NCBI GenBank assembly: GCA_964434105.1
Contig: CAYSTJ010000003.1
Span: 64,672-128,671 of the forward strand
DNA: 64,000 bases
Reading direction: 5' to 3'
Source: an uncultured Cellvibrionaceae bacterium
Lineage (GTDB): Bacteria; Pseudomonadota; Gammaproteobacteria; Pseudomonadales; Cellvibrionaceae
Positions within the stretch are counted from its first letter, which is position 1. Each line of letters begins with the position of its first letter. Shown here piece by piece: positions 40,695-47,624 of the stretch. The notes beneath the pieces were generated by a model that had not been told where the DNA came from, searched no databases, and saw only the letters and a list, made by a program, of their open reading frames with translations. The position numbers were made by a program, and so were the translations under genes.

Positions 40695-41690
40695 CTACTC
40701 GTAGCTCAGATCGCGGGCCTTACCCCAGAAGACACGGTAAATAAAGATTGTGTAACACGCAATCAGGGGAACGACGATCACCACGCCCACGAAAACAAAT
40801 TTCAATGATGCGGTGGACGCGACGGTTTCTGCCATAGTCAGGCGATCAATCACGATATCCGGATAAATGCTGTACGCCAGACCCAGCGCCGCCATGATGC
40901 AAATCACCACCATGCCCGCATAAACCATCCAGCCATTATCATCGCGCAACGCACCGGGCTTCCAAAGCAGGCTGATGATTATCGCGTAGGCGACGGTTGT
41001 GGTAACCGGGATAGGCAGCAGCATAAGCGCCGCAGGCAGGGTAAACCATTTATCGGCAATAACCTGACTGGCTACGGGTGTGGCGATGGAAATCAGAAAC
41101 AGGCCCACCCCCATCGGAATAACTGTGAGGCGCGCCCAGCGAGCTGCTTTACGGTAAAGATCGCCACTGGTTTTGATAAACAGCCAGCCGCACCCCAGCA
41201 TGACATACAACGTTGGCAACGCCAGCGCAATGGCTACCGAGAACAGTATTGCCGTTCTGGTCGACTGCAACCCCATCACATAGGCACCCAGCATCCAGCC
41301 CTGTGACAGCGCTGCCAGCAACGACCCGACAAAAAACAGTCTGTTCCAGCGCTGCCTGTATCGAACTTTGGCTTTTACCCGGAAATCAAACGCAACGCCG
41401 CGCAGGATCAGGCCCAGCAACATCAGGGTTACTGGTAAATACAGCGATGTCAGTATCATGCCATGGGCTGTGGGAAACGCGATCAGGAGTACCCCGACCC
41501 CCAATACAATCCATGTCTCATTGGCGTCCCAGAAAGGGCCAATGGTCGCAATCATCTTGTCCTTCTCTTCTTCAGTTGCCAGCGGCACTAGCAGACCAAT
41601 ACCCAGATCATATCCGTCAAGGACGATATAAACCAGCAGTGCCAGCCCCATCACTGCGAGAAAAAACAACGGCAACCAGGCTTCCATCAA
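40695..41690 (-). CDS. cydB: Cytochrome bd-type quinol oxidase subunit II
   Basis: 331-aa polytopic ORF whose start overlaps the subunit I stop, with a typical CydB/CioB N-terminus (LDGYDLGIG). Confidence 0.9.
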   Translation of the reverse strand: MMEAWLPLFFLAVMGLALLVYIVLDGYDLGIGLLVPLATEEEKDKMIATIGPFWDANETWIVLGVGVLLIAFPTAHGMILTSLYLPVTLMLLGLILRGVAFDFRVKAKVRYRQRWNRLFFVGSLLAALSQGWMLGAYVMGLQSTRTAILFSVAIALALPTLYVMLGCGWLFIKTSGDLYRKAARWARLTVIPMGVGLFLISIATPVASQVIADKWFTLPAALMLLPIPVTTTVAYAIIISLLWKPGALRDDNGWMVYAGMVVICIMAALGLAYSIYPDIVIDRLTMAETVASTASLKFVFVGVVIVVPLIACYTIFIYRVFWGKARDLSYE

Positions 41691-43054
41691 GGCACCTCCC
41701 GCGGCACTGTCTGCGTTCCGGGATTCTTGAGCTTCTGCTCGTCTGTCAGAGAACGTGATGATTTACTGGCCATATAGCGCAAGGTAAGAATAAAAGACGT
41801 CAGCAAAAAAGCGTACAGCAGCATATAGGCCGTAAACGTTGACAACACCATACCGCCAGTGTGGTCTGCCACCACCTCAGCCGTTTTTATTTCGCCATAA
41901 ACAATCCAGGGCTGCCGGCCAATCTCGGTCACATACCATCCCGCCAACACCGCCACCCAGCCCGAAAATGTCATCCAGGAAAGCGCAAGCATCAAACGAG
42001 GACTCTCGGACGCTTTCCCGCGCCATAGCGCCAGGCTGCCCCACCACGAGACCAGCAACATCAAAAAGCCGAGTCCTGCCATGATCCTGAATGACCAGAA
42101 AACAATCGCCACAGGCGGATGCTCACCTTCGAACTCGTTCAGCCCCAACAATTCGCCCTGTAAATCGTGCGTCAGTATCAAACTGGCCGCATTCGGTATC
42201 TGTACGGCCATATGGGTGGTGCGGGAAGCTTCATCAGGAAAACCGAACAGCGTGAAGTCGACACCTTTTTCAGTATGCCAGATGCCTTCAATCGCGGCGA
42301 TCTTGGCAGGTTGATGCTGAAGCGTATTAAGCCCCAGGAAGTCGCCCAGCACGATTTGGGTCGGCGCCAGCACGGCGGCTATGGTTACACCAGTGCGAAT
42401 GACTTTCCACGTACCGGGACCCGCTTTGTCCATTCGCACCCGCCAGGCACTGACCCCGGCGACAAAAAAGGCGCTGGTGAGCAGTGCGGCAATGAACATG
42501 TGCAGAAATCGGTACGTAAAAGAGGGGTTGAAGATAATCTCCCACCAGCTCGCCACCATTAAAACGTTATTTTCGACAGTATAACCACTCGGCGTTTGCA
42601 TCCACGAATTGAGCGCCATGATCCAGAAGGCCGAGAATGTGGTTCCTACTGCCACCAATGCCGTTGCAATCAGATGCAGCCGGTTTGACACAAGATTTTT
42701 GCCAAACAGCATTATCCCCAAAAACGAGGCCTCCAGAAAGAAAGCCGTCAATACCTCATAGCCCAACAGCGGGCCGGCAATATTCCCTGCCCGCTCCATG
42801 AAGCCGGGCCAATTGGTCCCGAACTGGAAACTCATGGTGATGCCAGATACCACCCCCAGTGCAAAGCTTAACGCAAAAATCTTGACCCAGAAAAAATAGG
42901 CATGCTCCCAGTCCCTGTCTCCGCTGAATGTAAAACGCAGCCGGAAATACAACAGGATCCACGCGAGACCGATGGTGATGCTGGGAAAGAGAATATGGAA
43001 ACTGATATTGGCTGCGAACTGCAAACGGGATAGAAGGAACGGATCGAGCTCCAT
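41687..43054 (-). CDS. cydA: Cytochrome bd-type quinol oxidase subunit I (short Q-loop, CIO-like)
   Basis: The likely start is the ATG at 43054 (MELDPFLLSRLQFA). The motifs FHILFPSITIGL and GWYVTEIGRQPW are present. A length of about 455 aa implies a short Q-loop. Confidence 0.93.
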   Translation of the reverse strand: MELDPFLLSRLQFAANISFHILFPSITIGLAWILLYFRLRFTFSGDRDWEHAYFFWVKIFALSFALGVVSGITMSFQFGTNWPGFMERAGNIAGPLLGYEVLTAFFLEASFLGIMLFGKNLVSNRLHLIATALVAVGTTFSAFWIMALNSWMQTPSGYTVENNVLMVASWWEIIFNPSFTYRFLHMFIAALLTSAFFVAGVSAWRVRMDKAGPGTWKVIRTGVTIAAVLAPTQIVLGDFLGLNTLQHQPAKIAAIEGIWHTEKGVDFTLFGFPDEASRTTHMAVQIPNAASLILTHDLQGELLGLNEFEGEHPPVAIVFWSFRIMAGLGFLMLLVSWWGSLALWRGKASESPRLMLALSWMTFSGWVAVLAGWYVTEIGRQPWIVYGEIKTAEVVADHTGGMVLSTFTAYMLLYAFLLTSFILTLRYMASKSSRSLTDEQKLKNPGTQTVPREVP

Positions 43055-43168
43055 ACTGCATACCTGCTGCCGAACATGGGCCACATAGCTTAAAGCATTC
43101 GCGATTTTATCGCCAGCGGACAGTTACCCCGGTTGACGGGTCTGTCTGCGGTGCAGCTGTTGAAGCGA

Positions 43169-44071
43169 TCAATCGTAGTGGTCGCGACAGTGCTCACCCG
43201 GGAATTCAAACTCAATGGTCGTGTGGGCCAGATTGAAGTCTTCCAAAGCGAGCGCGACACGCGCTTTCAGTACTTTCAGTTGACTCGCTCCCAACGCCTC
43301 CTCCAGACACAGGTGGACAGTCAGCACATGCTGTTCGCCATCCAGTGACCACAGGTGAACACCGTGCACGCCGTTTACACCGTTCAGTTCCACCAGTCGC
43401 GCGTGGACCTGCGCATAGGTGTGGGAATCCGGCGTTGCCTGGAAGAAAACAGCAGCGGTGGACTTTAACACTCGAAAGATATTGAACGCGATAAACAGGG
43501 TAAACACGATCGAAAGCAACGGATCAAGGATCGGCCATTCAAAGAATTGCAGGGTAATCGACACGATCAGCACCGCAAGCCAGCCAAGAACGTCCTCCAG
43601 GAGATGCCAGTTCAACGCTTTCTCGTTCAGCGTCGCGCCCTTACTCAATCGGTAGGCTGCATAGCCGTTGACGACGACCCCCAGCAATGCCAGATACAGC
43701 ATCCCCTGCGCATGAGGCATGACCGGGTCGCTCAACCGCGGAATAGCCATTGATAACACCCAGACACTCCCTCCGACGAGTACAGCGCCGCTTATCAGGG
43801 CACCCAGCAAAGAAAATCGCCGGTACCCGTAAGTAAAGGTCTGGTTGGCGGCCTTTCTACTGTATGTCTGTAGACCCCAGGCCATGCCAAGTGCCAGGGT
43901 ATCGCCCAGGTCGTGCACCGCATCCGCCATGATCGCCGTACTGTTGGTGAGCAACCCACCGACAACTTCGATCAGTGTAAAAACAAGATTTAGAAAAAAG
44001 GCCAACGCTATCGGATTGCCGGAAGCAGATCCATGGCTTTGAGTATGACTGGCGTGGGAGTGGTTATGCAT
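43169..44071 (-). CDS. czcD: Cation diffusion facilitator (CzcD/ZitB-like) metal exporter
   Basis: 300 aa with a His-rich N-terminus (MHNHSHASHTQSHG), the TM motifs ADAVHDLGD and HLLEDVLGW, and a C-terminal cytosolic domain. Confidence 0.9.
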   Translation of the reverse strand: MHNHSHASHTQSHGSASGNPIALAFFLNLVFTLIEVVGGLLTNSTAIMADAVHDLGDTLALGMAWGLQTYSRKAANQTFTYGYRRFSLLGALISGAVLVGGSVWVLSMAIPRLSDPVMPHAQGMLYLALLGVVVNGYAAYRLSKGATLNEKALNWHLLEDVLGWLAVLIVSITLQFFEWPILDPLLSIVFTLFIAFNIFRVLKSTAAVFFQATPDSHTYAQVHARLVELNGVNGVHGVHLWSLDGEQHVLTVHLCLEEALGASQLKVLKARVALALEDFNLAHTTIEFEFPGEHCRDHYD

Positions 44072-44306
44072 GCATCTGACCCGAGTATGTCCGTGCTATC
44101 CCTTATTACAGCACATACGACCGCGACCGGTAACGAAGCGCGCGAGAATCTACCTCGTCCATGGCGCGCCGGGCAAATGCGAAAATAAAATGTCAACCGG
44201 CCTGAATATCGCGACTGCAATCCTGTACAAGACCGGGGCACAATGCTTATGATCACGCGTTTCAACCACCGGGCCTCCAGCCCGCCTGCCACCCCAGATT
44301 GAGGTT

Positions 44307-44630
44307 ATGTCCATGCACAAGAAAATGATCGGTTCCATTACGCTGAGTTCGATGGTTGCGCTCGCCGCAAGCGGTGCCCACGCCGCCGACACGCCGTTCT
44401 CCGCCGAAAAGCTGGAATCGGGCTATCAGCTGGCCGCGGCAGAAAAAGACGCTGAGGCCAAGTGTGGCGAAGGCAAATGCGGCGAAGGCGCCTGTGGCGC
44501 AAAAAGCAAGGACAGTAAAAAGGACAGCAAATCCGCCAGCGACCCGGACAGCGACAAATCGGCCAAAGACGGGGAAGGAAAGTGCGGCGAAGGTAAATGT
44601 GGTGAAGGTGCCTGCGGCGCTGCCGGCTGA
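44307..44630 (+). CDS. hvfA: RiPP precursor: Sec-signal peptide + two EGKCGEGKCGEGACG modules (HvfA / EGKCG-bufferin type)
   Basis: 107 aa (the start could be 44313). It has a signal peptide ending AHA|AD and six Cys in two identical modules. The two 42-nt modules differ only at synonymous positions. A DUF692 gene follows immediately. Confidence 0.8.
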   Translation: MSMHKKMIGSITLSSMVALAASGAHAADTPFSAEKLESGYQLAAAEKDAEAKCGEGKCGEGACGAKSKDSKKDSKSASDPDSDKSAKDGEGKCGEGKCGEGACGAAG

Positions 44631-44649
44631 ACATCGGCGCCCTTTACTG

Positions 44650-45501
44650 ATGACTAGGTCGCTGTCGGGATCCGGTCTGGGTCTGCGTCGGGAGATGCTG
44701 CCGGTATTGCAGCAGGCGGATCTGTCCGTCATCGACTTTTTTGAAGTCGCCCCGGAGAACTGGATTAACCTGGGTGGTCGCTACGCGGCCGATTTACGCC
44801 ACTACAGCGAACGGTTTCCCCTGGTTTGTCATGGCCTTTCACTTTCGTTGGGAGGCTCTGACCCGCTGGATTTTGATCTGCTGCGCAATATCCGGCAATT
44901 TATGCGCGAACACGGCGTCACACTCTATACGGAGCATCTATCCTGGTGCGGTCATGACGGCCACCTTTATGACCTGTTGCCGTTACCGTTTAATGAAGCG
45001 GTGGCCCGGTGGGTGGCGGATCGTATCCGTCAGGCCCAGGATGCGCTGGGGAGGCGTATCGCCATTGAAAATTCGTCCTATTATTTTTTACCACCCGGCA
45101 GTGACATGTCAGAGTCAGAATTTATTGGTCAGGTGGTGTCCCTCGCAGACTGCGATTTACATCTGGACGTCAACAATCTGTATGTGAACAGTCGCAATCT
45201 CGGCTATGACGCAGACGATTTTCTGCACAGTATTCCGCGTGAGCGAATATGCTATATCCATGTCGCCGGTCATTACACTGAACCCGATGGCTGGATGGTC
45301 GATACACACGGTACGGCGGTTATCGACGACGTATGGCGCCTGTTGCAATTAACCTACCAGCTGACCGGCCGCCCCTTGCCCACCTGCCTGGAACGCGACT
45401 TCAATTTCCCGGCCTTTGCGGAATTACAGGGCGAGTTGCGGACTATTCGGCAACTGCAGTCAGGCAATGCGATCGCAGCCGATCATACAGTGGCCCGATG
45501 A
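44650..45501 (+). CDS. hvfB: DUF692 / MNIO (multinuclear non-haem iron oxidative) RiPP maturase
   Basis: The start is the ATG at 44650 (MTRSLSGSGLGLRREML). Family motifs are GLGLR, EVAPENW, HGLSLSLG, TEHLSW, AIENSSYY, HLDVNNLYVNS, HVAGH, DTHG and CLERDFNFP. The upstream ORF-track extension overlaps the precursor out of frame. Confidence 0.9.
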   Translation: MTRSLSGSGLGLRREMLPVLQQADLSVIDFFEVAPENWINLGGRYAADLRHYSERFPLVCHGLSLSLGGSDPLDFDLLRNIRQFMREHGVTLYTEHLSWCGHDGHLYDLLPLPFNEAVARWVADRIRQAQDALGRRIAIENSSYYFLPPGSDMSESEFIGQVVSLADCDLHLDVNNLYVNSRNLGYDADDFLHSIPRERICYIHVAGHYTEPDGWMVDTHGTAVIDDVWRLLQLTYQLTGRPLPTCLERDFNFPAFAELQGELRTIRQLQSGNAIAADHTVAR

Positions 45502-46283
45502 CGACGCCCCCGATCTCACTGCAACGCTTCCAGTCGGCATTCAGTCAGCGAATGCGTGACCCGGGGGGCGCGGCGCTACCGGACGTGCCGTCGCGCCAGC
45601 AAACGCTCTACGAAACACTATTGTTCAATAATCTGTGCGGATTTCTTGATCGGTGTTTTCCTGTCACAAAACAGCGTCTGGGCGACGGACCCTGGCTGGC
45701 GCTTTCCCGACAGTTCTATCAATTGCATGCCTGCGAGACGCCCTACTTTCGCGAGATTCCTCTGGAGTTTGTCAAATACATCCAGCGTAATGACGCCGAT
45801 TTCCCTGCCTGGCTGCCGGAATTGGTGCATTATGAATGGATTGAGCTGGCCGTTGCCGGCGATCCAGTCACCCTGCCCACTGAAACCGCACCCGTCCGAT
45901 CACTCGAATCGGATACCGTCGAATTTAAAGTCAATCCCACCCTGCAAAACCTGCAATACCACTGGCCAGTTCACCGGCTTACCGCAGACATCACGCGCGA
46001 TGACCCAGTGGCGCCCGACGCAGTCACTTGCCTGCTGGTTTACCGTCGCTGCGATCACAGTGTTCAGTTTGTGCAGGTCAACCCGCTTACCGCCTGTCTT
46101 TTGCAATTACTGGCTGAGCTTCCCCAACGAAAAAGCCGACTGGACGAGGCCATGCTGCGGTTGTTTCCGGCCATGGATCAACAGTGGTTGTCAGCGCAGA
46201 TCGCGGCCCTGCTGACCGGACTGCTGAGCGATGAAGCGATATTTATTGCGAGGCGACCGGCGGATGAATTATCGACTGACTGA
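45498..46283 (+). CDS. hvfC: DUF2063-family partner protein (HvfC/BufC-like)
   Basis: The ATG at 45498 forms an ATGA overlap with the hvfB stop. The protein begins MTTPPISLQRFQSAFSQRMRDP, with LYETLLFNNLCGFLDRCFPVT typical of the DUF2063 N-terminal domain. Confidence 0.8.
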   Translation: MTTPPISLQRFQSAFSQRMRDPGGAALPDVPSRQQTLYETLLFNNLCGFLDRCFPVTKQRLGDGPWLALSRQFYQLHACETPYFREIPLEFVKYIQRNDADFPAWLPELVHYEWIELAVAGDPVTLPTETAPVRSLESDTVEFKVNPTLQNLQYHWPVHRLTADITRDDPVAPDAVTCLLVYRRCDHSVQFVQVNPLTACLLQLLAELPQRKSRLDEAMLRLFPAMDQQWLSAQIAALLTGLLSDEAIFIARRPADELSTD

Positions 46284-47520
46284 GCACACGGGACCCGGAT
46301 CCCAGCAAGGCATTAAATGCCAGCTCAAGATCACTTCGCCCGACTCTTCCCGGCAGCTTCAGCCGCCGAATTAAATCGTCCAGATTGTACTTCCCACCGG
46401 ATTCTTTCCGAATTTCCTGATCGAGTTCGGCAATCAATTGTACGGCCCGCGCCGTGACCGGCCCTTTGGCATCGCTGGTCAGCAGTGAACCGGTGTCCTT
46501 TCCCCATTCGGCGAGCCCGTCGAGTACCGTCTGACGCCGCTTCGCCGTAATACCGCCGGACCGGTACAGAAGTTCCACAGCGTAGTATTCGGCCATGCCT
46601 TCCGCAATCCAGTCATGCTGTGGCTTGCCGCGCAAACCGGTCACGACATGAAACAGTTCGTGTAACACAGTGCTGGTGCCGTTTTCGCTGACAAGGGGGC
46701 GACCCCGGTGTAGAAAGAGCGAATTCGGGCCGGACAGCCCCCCCCGCCAGAAAGGGTCGTCGGCGCCGGTGATCAGCAATTTATCCGGAACCGGGTCGAA
46801 AGCGATCTCGAATTGCGGCCACACAAAAGTAATAAAGCTCAATAACTCCATCGGTCGGTAACCATGCCCACGAGGTGCGCTGACAATAATATTGGTATCG
46901 CCCACTCTCTCGCGGCGGGTCGCCAGCTTCCCGGCCACCAGCCAGCCGGTCGGTCGCACAAAACTATGCTGCCGTTTGGGGATGGAAAAACTGTGTTTTC
47001 CGGCGCTTTTCCACGGTGTATTGACCGATTGCCAGGCGTCTGGCAGGTCGAAATGAATAAACGCACGGGATTCCGCCCCATCGATGTGCCGCACCCGCGC
47101 CGGGGGCACCAGATTATCGCCGCGCATCAGCAGCCAGTCTTCTGCAAAGTACGCATCATATTTTCCGTCGCGCCGGATACGATCCACTGTGACCGTGTAC
47201 TCCAGATGGGCATTTTCATTGGGGGGTGCCCAGTCCAGCCGCCCGCCCTCCGTCGTCAAGTGGCCCGTATGTCGGACGACGTCGAGTTTCAGGTCGGCAA
47301 TATTAAAGGACAGATGCTCTAATCCGTGATTGTCCGCGGGCAAAATGGTGACGCGCGCATGTCGACTCTCCAGGTCAAAATCGACGCGATAATCGAGGCG
47401 ATACGCCTTGTGGTGACTGCCGTTTTGCGGTGGTGCAGTAGCAGGCTCAGGGGCAGATTTGTCCGCCTGGGCACAGGCAGACAAGAACAGGAGGGCAAAA
47501 AGAACTTTTAATGGCATCAT
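46243..47520 (-). CDS. Lipoprotein zinc metallopeptidase (HExxH, gluzincin; M61/M1-like)
   Basis: 425 aa with a lipobox (LSAC), VLHELFHV and a downstream AEGMAEYYA glutamate motif. Confidence 0.6.
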   Translation of the reverse strand: MMPLKVLFALLFLSACAQADKSAPEPATAPPQNGSHHKAYRLDYRVDFDLESRHARVTILPADNHGLEHLSFNIADLKLDVVRHTGHLTTEGGRLDWAPPNENAHLEYTVTVDRIRRDGKYDAYFAEDWLLMRGDNLVPPARVRHIDGAESRAFIHFDLPDAWQSVNTPWKSAGKHSFSIPKRQHSFVRPTGWLVAGKLATRRERVGDTNIIVSAPRGHGYRPMELLSFITFVWPQFEIAFDPVPDKLLITGADDPFWRGGLSGPNSLFLHRGRPLVSENGTSTVLHELFHVVTGLRGKPQHDWIAEGMAEYYAVELLYRSGGITAKRRQTVLDGLAEWGKDTGSLLTSDAKGPVTARAVQLIAELDQEIRKESGGKYNLDDLIRRLKLPGRVGRSDLELAFNALLGSGSRVLSQSIIHPPVASQ

Positions 47521-47624
47521 GGCATCTGTGAACCCCGCGTTCGGGAGAGTGTCTTCGGCGTTACGATCACCGGCCGTGATCAGTGGTCTCTCGTCATTGA
47601 ACCCGCCGGTCGTTAACGTGGTGC

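Noticed and set aside
44356-44649. ORF-track N-terminal extension of the DUF692 gene, plus two minus-strand ORFs (44262-44732 and 44338-44634), all overlapping the precursor gene.
   Set aside because: The extension is out of frame with the precursor and low-complexity. The synonymous-only divergence of the two modules shows that the precursor frame is the selected one. DUF692 homology begins at the ATG at 44650.
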